Assembly: GCA_964439835.1 (NCBI GenBank)
Contig: CAYTPQ010000015.1
Location: forward strand, 310 to 64,309
DNA length: 64,000 nt
Direction: 5' to 3'
Source: an uncultured Ectothiorhodospiraceae bacterium
GTDB taxonomy: Bacteria; Pseudomonadota; Gammaproteobacteria; JAABTG01
Shown: piece by piece, positions 54,711-64,000 of the stretch
Position numbering within the stretch: position 1 is the stretch's first letter
Layout: each line of letters opens with the position of its first letter
The notes under the pieces: model-generated
What the model was told of the DNA's origin: nothing
Databases searched by the model: none
The model's input: only the letters and a program-made list of their open reading frames with translations
Made by a program: the position numbers and the translations under genes

Positions 54711-55673
54711 TCAGAAGTACCGCGTCAGGTCCATCCCCGAGTACAGCGAGGCGACCTCCTCGGCGTAGCCGTTGAAGGGCAGGGTGGGGATCTTGCCGGC
54801 GAGGAAACCGGCGCCGATCCGGCGCTCCTTCTTCTGGCTCCAGCGCGGGTGGTCGACCGCCGGGTTGACGTTGGCGTAGAAGCCGTACTCCTTCGGCGCC
54901 TCCAGGCTCCAGGAGGTCTTCGGCTCGGTCTCGGTGAACTCCACCCGCACGATCGACTTGATGCTCTTGAAGCCGTACTTCCAGGGCACGACGATGCGCA
55001 GTGGCGCGCCGTTCTGGTTCGGCAGCACCTCGCCGTAAAGACCGACCGCGAAGATCGAGAGCGGGTGCATGGCCTCGTCCATGCGCAGACCCTCCCGGTA
55101 CGGCCACTCCAGCACCGGCCGCCGGGTGCCCGGCATCTGGGCCGGGTCGTAGAGGGTCTGGAAGGCCACGTACTTGGCCTTCGAGGTCGGCTGGAAGCGC
55201 TTCAGCACCTCGCCCATGGGCACGCCGACCCATGGCACCACCATCGACCAGGCCTCCACGCAGCGCAGGCGGTAGACGCGCTCCTCGAGCGTGTGGCCCT
55301 TCAGGACGTCCTCCAGGGCGTAGGTGCCGGGCCGCTCGCAGTGGCCGGCGACGACCACGCTCCAGGGCTTCGTCTTCATCAGCCCTGCGTACTTGGCCGG
55401 GTCCTCCTTGTCCAGGCCGAACTCGTAGAAGTTGTTGTAGCGGGTGACGTCTTCGTAGCGGGTCAGCGTATCGTCCGTGCCGAAGGGGCCCTTGACCACC
55501 CCGGCGAGCTTCTCGCCCTTGCCCTGGGCCTGGACGGGATCAAGCCCCCCGAGCGCCGCCCCGGCAACGGCCGCCGCCGAGCCGACGAGGAAGCGGCGCC
55601 GTTCCCGGTAGACCTCCGGCGGGGTGATCTCGGACGACAGGACCGCACTCGCGCGGCGGACTCGGATCAGCAT
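54711..55673 (-). CDS. msrP: Protein-methionine-sulfoxide reductase catalytic subunit
   Basis: SEITP, Tat [42 protein letters not shown]; ATG at 55673. Confidence 0.95.
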   Translation of the reverse strand: MLIRVRRASAVLSSEITPPEVYRERRRFLVGSAAAVAGAALGGLDPVQAQGKGEKLAGVVKGPFGTDDTLTRYEDVTRYNNFYEFGLDKEDPAKYAGLMKTKPWSVVVAGHCERPGTYALEDVLKGHTLEERVYRLRCVEAWSMVVPWVGVPMGEVLKRFQPTSKAKYVAFQTLYDPAQMPGTRRPVLEWPYREGLRMDEAMHPLSIFAVGLYGEVLPNQNGAPLRIVVPWKYGFKSIKSIVRVEFTETEPKTSWSLEAPKEYGFYANVNPAVDHPRWSQKKERRIGAGFLAGKIPTLPFNGYAEEVASLYSGMDLTRYF

Positions 55674-55792
55674 GATGCAAGACTCCTTCGGAACGCTATC
55701 CAGTCGACCCGAAAGGCCGCCGGGGGTTCCTTGCCTGCCGCGGCAAGGACCGAACACTCCGGAAACGCCCGCCGGTGAGCCTGTGAGATGAT

Positions 55793-55863
55793 CACCGCAG
55801 GGACGCAGAGGACGCAAAGTCGGTCGATCGGGTTGCCGCGGTTGCCTTTGCGTCTTTGCGGTG
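55793..55863. repeat. Palindromic intergenic element, family B
   Basis: CACCGCAGGGACGCAGAGGACGCAAAG ... CTTTGCGTCTTTGCGGTG; same architecture as 36908-36979. Confidence 0.6.
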
Positions 55864-55944
55864 GATGTGCAGACCTTCCGCAAGGCGGTCGTTCGCGGAG
55901 GTCGGCATGTCGTTCAGACGTCTCCGCACCGGAGCCGCAACGCG

Positions 55945-57261
55945 ATGAGCACCAACCCCGGCCTCGGCCACGCCCTGCGGCTCGCGGCCTTTCCCCTCGG
56001 CTACGGCGTCACCGGGGCGCTGGCCGGCGGGACCTTGAACCGGATCATGGTGGCCGAAATGGGTCTGCCGGTGACCCTGGTGGGGATCCTGTTCGCCCTG
56101 CCGCTGCTCGAGGCGCCGCTGCGGGTCTGGCTCGGCTACCGCTCCGACGGCTACCCGATCTTCGGCCGCCGTCGGGAGCCCTACATCGTCGCCGGCTCGC
56201 TGCTGACCGGCCTGGGCCTCGCGGCCTCGGTGCTGCTCATGACCGCGGAGCCGGGCGGTCGGCTGCTCCTGATCGGCGGTCTGATCCTGATGTTCGTGGT
56301 CTACGGCTTCGGCCGCAACCTGGCCCACAACGCCTTCCAGGCCCTGGTGGCGGACCGCTTCGAGGGCTCGGCGCGCTCTCGGGCGCTGACGCTCTACGAG
56401 GTCGCGACCATGCTCGGCCTGGTGGCGGGTGCCGGCGGGCTCGGTGCGGCGTTGCGGGACTACAGCCCGGAGAAGCTCCTCGCCGCCAGCGTCGGTGCGG
56501 TGACCCTGGCGTTCGCCCTGACCCTGCTGGCGGCCCTCGGCCAGGAGCGGCGCTCGGACCAGGCGGAGCAGGCCGCGGCCCGGGCCCGTTCCACGCCGTT
56601 CCTGGAAGCCCTGCGCGGCTTCCTGCTGGGCGACCCGCAGGTGCGGCGGTTCTTCCTGCTGGTGGTCTGCACCTTCATCGGCACCCTGGCCCAGGACGTC
56701 CTGCTGGAGCCCTACGGGGCATTGGTGCTGGGGATGTCAGTCGGTGCGACCACCCAGCTCACGGCCTTCTGGGGGCTGGGGGTGCTGGCGTCCATGCTGC
56801 TGTCCGGCGCGTTCCTGCTGCGGGTCGCCGGGCACCTGCGGCTGCTGCGGATCGGCCTCGTCGCCACGGTGGCCGTGTTCGCGGGCGTCATCGTCACCGG
56901 CCTGCTCGGCAGCCCGGACGGCTTCCGCTGGCTGGTCGCCGTGATGGGCCTCGGCACCGGCCTCGCCGGGGCGGGGCTGCTGGGCGGCATCGCCACCTTC
57001 GCCACCGCCATCCGCGCCGGGCTGCTGATGGGCGTCTGGGGCATGGCCAGCCTGCTCGGCAAGGCCGCCGGCAGCGTGATGGGCGGCGCGGTGGTGGACG
57101 GCATGCTGCTCGCCACCGGCGGCGCCGCCTTCCTGGCCTACGCGACCGTCTTCGCCCTGGAAGCCGCGCTGCTCCTGGTGGCCCTGGCGCTGACCTACCG
57201 GCTACGGGTCGAGGCATCGCGGGCGAGCGTGGAGGCGGCGCACCCGTTGGGTGAGCCCTGA
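55945..57261 (+). CDS. BCD (PucC-like) family MFS transporter
   Basis: GTLNRIMVAE, PLRVWLGYRSD, GRRREPYI, QDVLLEPYG, MGVWG; about 12 TM helices. Confidence 0.85.
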   Translation: MSTNPGLGHALRLAAFPLGYGVTGALAGGTLNRIMVAEMGLPVTLVGILFALPLLEAPLRVWLGYRSDGYPIFGRRREPYIVAGSLLTGLGLAASVLLMTAEPGGRLLLIGGLILMFVVYGFGRNLAHNAFQALVADRFEGSARSRALTLYEVATMLGLVAGAGGLGAALRDYSPEKLLAASVGAVTLAFALTLLAALGQERRSDQAEQAAARARSTPFLEALRGFLLGDPQVRRFFLLVVCTFIGTLAQDVLLEPYGALVLGMSVGATTQLTAFWGLGVLASMLLSGAFLLRVAGHLRLLRIGLVATVAVFAGVIVTGLLGSPDGFRWLVAVMGLGTGLAGAGLLGGIATFATAIRAGLLMGVWGMASLLGKAAGSVMGGAVVDGMLLATGGAAFLAYATVFALEAALLLVALALTYRLRVEASRASVEAAHPLGEP

Positions 57262-57268
57262 AGAGCCT

Positions 57269-57336
57269 GTAACCCCGGCGCAAGCGGGGGTTACAGGTTG
57301 CTGATTCCCCCGGATTCCGGCTTTCGCCGGAATGAC
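57269..57336. repeat. REP-doublet, family A
   Basis: GTAACCCCGGCGCAAGCGGGGGTTAC followed by CGGATTCCGGCTTTCGCCGGAATGAC, between convergent genes. Confidence 0.7.
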
Positions 57337-57361
57337 GGGAGAGGGCCCTCCCGAAGTTTCG

Positions 57362-58177
57362 CTAGGCGACCGGGACGCCCATGCTCTGGTGGATCTGCCG
57401 CACCACGGCGGGTTGCAGCCCGCTGCGCTGGGCGAGGCGGGCGAGGTAGTCCCGCTCGGCCGGGGTGTCGACCTCCACCGCCAGCAGGGAGGCGGCGTAG
57501 ACCTCGGCGGCCAGCTCGGGGTTGGGAATGTCGGCCACCAGGGCGTCGAGGTCGAGCGGGCGGCTGAGCTCGCCGAGGACCCAGGCCTGGGCCTCGGCGT
57601 CCATGCCGGCGGCCTTGAGGCGCCCGACGATCCGCTGCATCTCTTGCTGATCGATGTCGCCGTCGGCCTTGGCGGCGCTGATCATCCCGCGCAGGAGGAG
57701 CTGGGCGTTGCGCTCCAGGGCTTGCCGCTCGGCAGGCCCCTCCGGGGCCTTGAGCCCGAGCGGAAGCGCCCCCGCGGAGTAGGCCCCGGCGCCGGTCTGC
57801 CCGCCGGAGAGCAGTGCCTTGACGGCGACCCCGGCGAGCATCGCGAGCGCCCCGCCGCCGATGGCGCCCTTGATCGAGTCGCCTCCGCCGCCGAGCAAGG
57901 CACCGGCCAGGGCACCGAGCCCGCCGGCCTTGACGGGATCGCGCGCGGCCTCGCCGAGGCCGCGCTGCGCCCCCTGCAGAAGGCTGCCGAGCAGCCCGCC
58001 GGCACCTCCGCCGGCGCCCCCGCCGAAGAGGTCCGCGAGCCCGCCTCCCGGAGCCCCGCCCGCTCCCGGTGCCGCCCCGCGCTGGAGGTCCTCGAGCGCC
58101 CGCCCCATCCGGCCCTGGCCCGACGGGGAGGAGGCGTTCTGCACAAAGGCACCAATCAAGTCGCTGAAATTCGCCAT
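57362..58177 (-). CDS. DUF533 / TerB-like (YebE) family protein
   Basis: Gly-rich N-terminus, GGALAMLAGVA, LLRGMISAAKADGDIDQQE, EVYAASLL, ERDYLARLA. Confidence 0.85.
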   Translation of the reverse strand: MANFSDLIGAFVQNASSPSGQGRMGRALEDLQRGAAPGAGGAPGGGLADLFGGGAGGGAGGLLGSLLQGAQRGLGEAARDPVKAGGLGALAGALLGGGGDSIKGAIGGGALAMLAGVAVKALLSGGQTGAGAYSAGALPLGLKAPEGPAERQALERNAQLLLRGMISAAKADGDIDQQEMQRIVGRLKAAGMDAEAQAWVLGELSRPLDLDALVADIPNPELAAEVYAASLLAVEVDTPAERDYLARLAQRSGLQPAVVRQIHQSMGVPVA

Positions 58178-58216
58178 GGCAAAGCTCCTGTGACCTGGGG
58201 AGGCTGTGCAGAGGTC

Positions 58217-58283
58217 GTCACGCCGGCGGAAGCCGGGGTCGAACTCGCGGATTGTCCTGGATTCCGGCTTTCGCCGGAAAGAC
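58217..58283. repeat. REP-doublet, family A
   Basis: GTCACGCCGGCGGAAGCCGGGGTC ... CTGGATTCCGGCTTTCGCCGGAAAGAC. Confidence 0.7.
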
Positions 58284-58358
58284 GGATGGACACTAGTGCA
58301 GAGCCTCTCTTGGCGACAACGTTCATCCCCTGGGGCAGCGTGCTGGCGGGGGAGGCGC

Positions 58359-58883
58359 CTACCACATAAGATCGTCGGGCACCCGGTACTGGGCGTAGGC
58401 CTCGTCCTCTTCCGAAGCGCTCGGCGGGGTCGGCGGCACCAGGAAGCCCTCGTCGCGGGCGCGAACCTTGTCAGCGGCCTCGAGCGGGAGCAGCTCGTAG
58501 CGCTGCCCCAGGCGCGCCACGGCGAGCTGGCCGGCAACGAGCTGGCGCTGCTGCTCGGCGGTGACGTAGATCCGCCGCACCATCTTGCCGTCGATGAAGT
58601 GGTAGGCGGTGTCGCCGGTGTCACGCGCGACCCGGTGGCTGCGGATGATCTCGACGACCTCGGCGGTCAGGGCCTTGCGCCGTGCCGCCTCCTCGCGCTT
58701 GCGGTTCAGCTCGCGGTCGCGCTCGGCCTTCTCGGCCTGGGCCTTCTGCGCCGCCGCCCGATTGGCGTCCGCGCCGCCGCCGGGCTGGCGGCCCTGCTTG
58801 CGCTTCTCGGTTCGGGTCTGACGGGCCTTCTGCTCGCTGACCAGCCCGGCCTTCAGCAACTGCTCCTGCAGGGAACTGCCCAT
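58359..58883 (-). CDS. DUF2058 family protein (YaiL-like)
   Basis: SLQEQLLKAGLV, AYHFIDG, LVAGQLAV, EDEAYAQYRVPDDLMW. Confidence 0.9.
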   Translation of the reverse strand: MGSSLQEQLLKAGLVSEQKARQTRTEKRKQGRQPGGGADANRAAAQKAQAEKAERDRELNRKREEAARRKALTAEVVEIIRSHRVARDTGDTAYHFIDGKMVRRIYVTAEQQRQLVAGQLAVARLGQRYELLPLEAADKVRARDEGFLVPPTPPSASEEDEAYAQYRVPDDLMW

Positions 58884-59173
58884 CGCCTCGCTCCTGAAGG
58901 GCCGGCGCGCCCCGACGGCGACGCCTGCACCGGGCCTCTCGCCCGGGAATCCTACGACGGCGCGCCCCCGGGAGGAAACGGCCGGGGCCTTGCCTCCGCC
59001 GCCCGGAGCGACAACACTCCCCGCGCGGTCGCTGACAATCGGCGCGGGGCGTGCCTCCAACAGTCCGTCCGGGGTGGGCGCATCGGCCGCCGATGCCAGG
59101 AATCGGCGCGGGGCGTGCCGCTCACGATCATGAATTGCGATGCGGGCACGGCCCGCGACGGGGGATTACCGGG

Positions 59174-62100
59174 ATGAAGCTCACCCTGTGGGAGCGGCGC
59201 CTCGCCGCGACGGCCGACGGCGCGGCGCGCGCCCCCTTGCACCGCACGGGATCGTCCTGGCTCCTCGTCCTCGCGCTGATCGTGCCCGTGCTCGCTGTTG
59301 CCCCGCCCGCCCTGGCCCAGTACGACGAGGCGGTGGAAGACGAGGCGCCCCAGAGCGGCTTCGAGCCCGCGGGCCTCGCGGCCTCGGCCGCCGGCTACCG
59401 CTCGGTGCTGGTGGCGAAGCGACCGCCCCAGCCGTCCGCGGCGGCCGCCGACGCGGCGCTCAAGGCCGCTGCCCAGGCCCTCGCGGCCAAGCGCTTCGAC
59501 GCGGCCCTTCCCCAGCTCGAAACCGCGGTCACCCAGGGCCGGGAGACCGCGGCGGTGTACCTGCAGCTGAGCGAGGTCTGGCTGTCGGTCCCGAAGCCCG
59601 ACCCGAACCGGGCCCTGCAGGCGGCCTGGCTCGCCTTCCGGGCGGCCTCGTCGACTGCCGACCGTCACCGGGCCCTGGAGCGGATGGCGGACCTCCTGGA
59701 GAACCGGCTCGACCTGCCTCGGGACGCCCTGGCCGCGCTCCGGACCCTGCGCGCCGAGGGCAGCACCGATCCCGGTTTGCCCGGGCGGCTGGAGGCCCTG
59801 CGCCAGAAGGTCGGGCTGGAGTGGCTGTCGGTGCGGGTGGAGGCCGACGGTGAGGAGCCGCGGGCCTGCCTGGTGCTCTCCAGCCCGCTCAAGCAGGGCC
59901 GCGGCCTGCGCTGGGACGACTACGTGCGGGTGGAGCCGGCCGTGCCGGTCACGGTCGACGCCTCGGGGCGCGAGATCTGCGTCAGCGGGCTGGCCCACGC
60001 GCACCGCTACCGGCTGAGCCTGCGCGAAGGGGTCGCGAGCGCGGACGGGCTGGTACTCAAGCGCACCGAGACCCGCGAGGTCGCGATCGGCGACCGGGCC
60101 CCGCTCGCGGCCTTCCGCGGCAACGCCTTCATCCTGCCGCGCACGGGCCCCGACGGGGTGCCGCTGGTGACGGTGAACACCGACGCGGTGAGCCTGCGCG
60201 TCTACCGTATTAACGATCGCAACCTGGTCGCCCGCATGGGCCAGGGCGCGCTCGGCAGCCTGGACAGCTACGAGGCGGACGAGATCGCGCAGGAGCAGGG
60301 CGAGAAGGTGTGGGAGGGGCGGATGACGGTGCGCCTGGAGCGCAACGTCTCGGTGGTCACGGCGGTGCCCGTGCGCCAGCTGGTGCCGGCGCCCAAGCCC
60401 GGCCTCTACGTGATCACGGCGATGCCGGTGGACCTGCCGGAGAGCGAGCTGCAGGGCGTGGCGGGCACCCAGTGGCTGGTGGTCACCGACCTCGGCCTGA
60501 CGACCCTGCGGGGCGCCGACGGGGTCGACGTCTTCGTGCGCTCGCTCTCGACCGCGAAGCCGCTCGCCGGGGCCACCGTCGCCCTGCTGGCGCGTAACAA
60601 CGCCGAGCTCGCCCGCCTGACCACCGACGCCGACGGCCGCGCCCACTTTCCGGACGCGAGCCCCCGCGGCAGCGGCAACGATCCCCTGTTGGTGGTGGCC
60701 TACGGCGCCGAGGGCGACTTCGCGGTCCTGAACCTGCGCCGCCCGGCGCTCGACCTCAGCGACCGCGGGGTCGGCGGGCGCCGCTCGCCCGGCCCGCTCG
60801 ACGCCTTCCTCTATGCGGACCGCGGCGTCTATCGGCCCGGCGAGCGGGTCAACCTGACCGCCCTGCTGCGCGACGACCGCGGCGACGCAGTCGAGGGCTT
60901 CCCGCTGACGCTGCGGGTGCTGCGCCCCAACGGTACCGTGTTCCGCTCCGGGGTCGTGCAGTCGAGCGCGGCGGGCGCCCACGTCCTGCCGTTCTACCTG
61001 ACCGCGACCGCGCCGCTCGGGACCTGGACCGTGCAGGCCCTGTCGGACCCGAAGGCCGACCCCATCGGGACGCTCCGCCTGCAGGTGGACGAGTTCGTGC
61101 CCGAGCGCCTCGCGGTCGAGGCCGAGGGCTCCTCGCCGGCCATCGACCCCGCGCGCCCATTCGAGCTCCTGGTTCGGGCTCGCTTCCTCTACGGTCCCCC
61201 CGCCGCGGGGCTCACCGGCGCGGCCGAGGTCTCCGTGGCCCCCGACCCCGAGCCCTTCCCGGCCTACAAGGGCTTCCGCTTCGGCCTGGTCCAGGAGTCG
61301 CCCACCGCCCGCACCGAGGCGTTGACGTTCCCGGCGACCGGCCCCGACGGGGTCTCCCGGGTGGCGGTCAAGCTCCCGGCGTTGCCGGACACCACCCGGC
61401 CGCTGCGGGCCCAGTTCAAGGTGGAGGTCGCCGAGCCGGGCGGGCGGCCGTCCCGGCAGACCCTGACGGTGCCGGTGCGCGCCCAGCCGCTCGCCATCGG
61501 CATCCGGACCCAGTTCACGGGCGATCGCGTGGCGGAGGGCGGCCAGGCCGCCTTCGAGGTGGTGGCGCTCGACGCCGAGGGCAAGCCCCTGGCCCGCCCG
61601 GGGCTCAAGGTGGAGCTGTTCCGCGAGCGCGTGCGCTTCCTCTGGTACAACGAGGACGGGCGCTACGCCTACCGCACCACGGTGCAGGCCGAGAGCCTGC
61701 GCCGGGAGCGCCTGGACCTGACCGCCGAGCGCTTCGGCGCGCCCTCGTTCGGACCCCTGGAGTACGGCCGCTACCGGCTCGAGGTGAGCGACGAGGCGAC
61801 CGGAGTGGCCTCCTCGGTGCGCTTCAGCGCCGGGTGGCAGGTGGCCCTCGACGCCGGCGAGACCCCCGACCGGGTCGAGGTGACCGTCGACCGGCCGGCC
61901 TACGCCCCGGGCGAGCGGGCCCGCGTGCGGGTGGTCCCGCCCTTCGCCGGTGAGGTGCAGCTGACGGTCGCGACCGACCGGGTGCGCGCGGTGCAGCAGC
62001 ACCACGTCCCCGCCGAGGGCGCGACCTTCGAGGTGCCGGTGGGCGCCGACTGGGGGGCGGGGGCCTACGTCCTCGCCACGGTCGTCCGCCCGCCGGTGGC

Positions 62101-64000
62101 CGACCGCGACCACGTGCCGGTGCGCGCCATCGGCGTCGCCTGGCTGGGGGTGGACCCGGCGCCGCGAACCCTGACGGTACGCCTGGAGGCACCCGCGGTC
62201 GCCCGCCCCGGCCAGCGGCTCGAGGTGCCGGTCCGGGTGACCGGCTCGGACGGCACGCCGGCCGCCGGCGCCTGGGTGACCCTGGCGGCGGTGGACGAGG
62301 GGATCCTGCGCCTGACCGACTTCGCCTCGCCGGACCCGGTCCGCCACTACCTGGGCAAGCGGCTGCTGGGTCTCGACGTGCTGGACGACTACGGGCGGCT
62401 GATTGCGGCCATCTCGGGGCCGGCCGGTGCCCTGCGCCAGGGTGGTGACGCGGGCGGGCTCGGGTCGAGCCTGCCGGTGGTGCCGCTCACCATCGTGTCC
62501 CTGTTCCGGGGGCCGGTGCCGGTCGCTGCCGACGGCACCGCCCGGGTCCCGCTCGACCTGCCGGAGTTCGACGGCGAGCTCCGGCTGATGGCGGTCGCCT
62601 TCGACGCCCGCCGGATCGGGGCCTCCGCGGCGCCGCTGCCCTTGCGCGGGCCGCTGGTCGCCCAGCTCACCCTGCCGCGGTTCCTGGCGCCTGGGGACGA
62701 GAGCCGGGCGACGATCGCCTTGCACAATGTGGAGGCCGAGCCGGGCACCTACCGCCTGGCCCTAGCGGGCGGCGGTGCGGTGTCGGTCGACGGCGTGCCC
62801 GCGACCGTGGACCTCGCCCGCGACGCCCGGCTCTCGATCCCGGCGACCCTGCGCGGTGTCTCGGCGGGGATTGGCACCGTCAGCCTGACCCTGGAGGGGC
62901 CCGGCGGTGCCAAGCTGCGCCGGGATCTCTCGATCACGGTCCGGCCCTCGCGCGCGGTGGAGACCGCCTTCACCCAGCGCCGGCTGCCCGCCGGCGCGAC
63001 CACCGAGATCGGCGCCAGGGCAGTGGCGGGCTTCGTCCCCGGTACCGGGGGGTTGCGGCTGACCTACGCCTCCCGCGCGCCCTTCGACGTGGCCGGGATC
63101 CTGGCGGCCCTGGAGCGCTACCCCTACGGTTGCCTGGAGCAGGTGGTGAGCCGGGCGCTGCCGCTGGTCGGCACCGAGGCCCTGGAGTCGGCGAAGGCCC
63201 TGGCCTCGCCCGAGACCCGCGACGCGCGGGTCGACGCGGCCGTCGGCCAGGTGCTGGACAAGCAGCGCTACGACGGTGGCTTCGGGGTCTGGAGCGCCTT
63301 CGGGGAGGAGTCGGCCTGGCTCACGGCCTACGCCACGGAGCTCCTGGCGCGGGCTCGGGCCGCCGGCCGGCCGGTGGCCGAGGGGCCGTACACGGCCGCC
63401 CTGGAGTGGCTGCGCCGACACGCGATCGACGGCGGGAACGAGAAGGAGGAGCTGGCGAGCCGGGCCTATGCCGTGTACGTGCTGGCGCTGGCTGGGGTCG
63501 CCACACCCGGGCCCGCGCGGTATCTGCACGACGCGTTTCTGGCGAAGCTCCCCACGCCCCTGGCCCGGGCCCAGCTCGCTGCGGCCCTGGCCCGGCAGGG
63601 TGATGGCGAGCGGGCGCGGGCGGCGGCCGCCGCGGCGACGGAGAACCTGAGTCGGGACGACTGGTCGGTCGACTACGGCTCGGTGGTGCGGGACGCCGCC
63701 GCCATGGTCAGCGTGCTGGGCGAGGCGGGTCTGCTCGGGGACGCCCTGCCGAAGCTCCTGGACCGCCTGCCCGCGAGCGCCCTGGACACCGGGCGCCTGA
63801 GCACCCAGGAGCAGGCCTGGGTGGTGCGGGCGGCCGGGGCCCTGATGGCGGGGAAGGGCCCGCTCGCGCTCAAGGGCGAGGGCGTCGCCCTGCCGTCCGG
63901 GGACCCGGTGCTGCTGGCGCCGACGCCGGAGCAGGTGGCCGCCGGCCTGCGGGTGACGAACGCGGGTACGAGCGAGGTCTGGGAGGCTACGACGCTCACC
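59174..64000 (+). CDS. Bacterial alpha-2-macroglobulin family protein, 3'-truncated; absent from the ORF track because it has no stop in the window
   Basis: Read by hand from ATG 59174: QWLVVTDLGLT, DRGVYRPGE, TLAAVDEGIL, LRLMAVA, LPRFLAPGDE, and the in-frame thioester YPYGCLEQ (GCLEQ at 63128-63142). Confidence 0.92.
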   Translation, partial: MKLTLWERRLAATADGAARAPLHRTGSSWLLVLALIVPVLAVAPPALAQYDEAVEDEAPQSGFEPAGLAASAAGYRSVLVAKRPPQPSAAAADAALKAAAQALAAKRFDAALPQLETAVTQGRETAAVYLQLSEVWLSVPKPDPNRALQAAWLAFRAASSTADRHRALERMADLLENRLDLPRDALAALRTLRAEGSTDPGLPGRLEALRQKVGLEWLSVRVEADGEEPRACLVLSSPLKQGRGLRWDDYVRVEPAVPVTVDASGREICVSGLAHAHRYRLSLREGVASADGLVLKRTETREVAIGDRAPLAAFRGNAFILPRTGPDGVPLVTVNTDAVSLRVYRINDRNLVARMGQGALGSLDSYEADEIAQEQGEKVWEGRMTVRLERNVSVVTAVPVRQLVPAPKPGLYVITAMPVDLPESELQGVAGTQWLVVTDLGLTTLRGADGVDVFVRSLSTAKPLAGATVALLARNNAELARLTTDADGRAHFPDASPRGSGNDPLLVVAYGAEGDFAVLNLRRPALDLSDRGVGGRRSPGPLDAFLYADRGVYRPGERVNLTALLRDDRGDAVEGFPLTLRVLRPNGTVFRSGVVQSSAAGAHVLPFYLTATAPLGTWTVQALSDPKADPIGTLRLQVDEFVPERLAVEAEGSSPAIDPARPFELLVRARFLYGPPAAGLTGAAEVSVAPDPEPFPAYKGFRFGLVQESPTARTEALTFPATGPDGVSRVAVKLPALPDTTRPLRAQFKVEVAEPGGRPSRQTLTVPVRAQPLAIGIRTQFTGDRVAEGGQAAFEVVALDAEGKPLARPGLKVELFRERVRFLWYNEDGRYAYRTTVQAESLRRERLDLTAERFGAPSFGPLEYGRYRLEVSDEATGVASSVRFSAGWQVALDAGETPDRVEVTVDRPAYAPGERARVRVVPPFAGEVQLTVATDRVRAVQQHHVPAEGATFEVPVGADWGAGAYVLATVVRPPVADRDHVPVRAIGVAWLGVDPAPRTLTVRLEAPAVARPGQRLEVPVRVTGSDGTPAAGAWVTLAAVDEGILRLTDFASPDPVRHYLGKRLLGLDVLDDYGRLIAAISGPAGALRQGGDAGGLGSSLPVVPLTIVSLFRGPVPVAADGTARVPLDLPEFDGELRLMAVAFDARRIGASAAPLPLRGPLVAQLTLPRFLAPGDESRATIALHNVEAEPGTYRLALAGGGAVSVDGVPATVDLARDARLSIPATLRGVSAGIGTVSLTLEGPGGAKLRRDLSITVRPSRAVETAFTQRRLPAGATTEIGARAVAGFVPGTGGLRLTYASRAPFDVAGILAALERYPYGCLEQVVSRALPLVGTEALESAKALASPETRDARVDAAVGQVLDKQRYDGGFGVWSAFGEESAWLTAYATELLARARAAGRPVAEGPYTAALEWLRRHAIDGGNEKEELASRAYAVYVLALAGVATPGPARYLHDAFLAKLPTPLARAQLAAALARQGDGERARAAAAAATENLSRDDWSVDYGSVVRDAAAMVSVLGEAGLLGDALPKLLDRLPASALDTGRLSTQEQAWVVRAAGALMAGKGPLALKGEGVALPSGDPVLLAPTPEQVAAGLRVTNAGTSEVWEATTLT

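Noticed and set aside
27298-58283. CRISPR array interpretation of the recurring palindromes
   Set aside because: Copies are kilobases apart with no repeat-spacer periodicity, and no cas genes are present.
58952-62725. 1257-aa minus-strand ORF
   Set aside because: Antisense to the alpha-2-macroglobulin, which carries the recognisable motifs.
1-64000. rRNA, tRNA, integrase, transposase or phage genes
   Set aside because: None recognised; intergenic gaps are short and explained. Small RNAs cannot be excluded without covariance-model searches.

Overview
Very GC-rich bacterial DNA, most consistent with a motile, sulfur-oxidising gammaproteobacterium (inferred from fccAB, DUF2788, DUF2058 and tamB; not proven). 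In order: (1) a 5'-truncated tamB; (2) a PAS/sigma54 activator divergent from an operon with a well-matched sigma54 promoter and IHF site, encoding a pentaheme cytochrome c, FccA, FccB, a membrane-anchored methionine-zipper protein and a secreted Gly/Tyr/Pro-rich sulfur-globule-like protein; (3) a group II PLP decarboxylase; (4) a formate dehydrogenase cluster with tungstate uptake (tupABC) and cofactor genes (fdhD, mobAB, moeA); (5) a Bacteroidetes/fungal-type ilvC with an acidic cofactor loop; (6) a lipid A acyltransferase, a stand-alone PDC sensor plus MCP, and pirin-cytochrome b561-yceI; (7) a type I secretion locus (hlyB, hlyD) with a candidate immunity gene overlapping a 2055-aa RTX protein that has an N-terminal lipase; (8) an archaeal-type FBP aldolase/phosphatase, a ybhB/ybcL remnant, msrPQ followed by a second Met-rich protein, and a PucC-like MFS transporter; (9) a 3'-truncated alpha-2-macroglobulin missing from the ORF track. 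Two families of short palindromic intergenic repeats recur. No rRNA, tRNA, CRISPR array or transposase was recognised. The strongest candidates for undescribed systems are the sigma54 sulfur operon with its Met-zipper and Sgp-like genes, and the T1SS lipase-RTX/immunity pair. All family assignments are by motif recognition only; no database searches were run.
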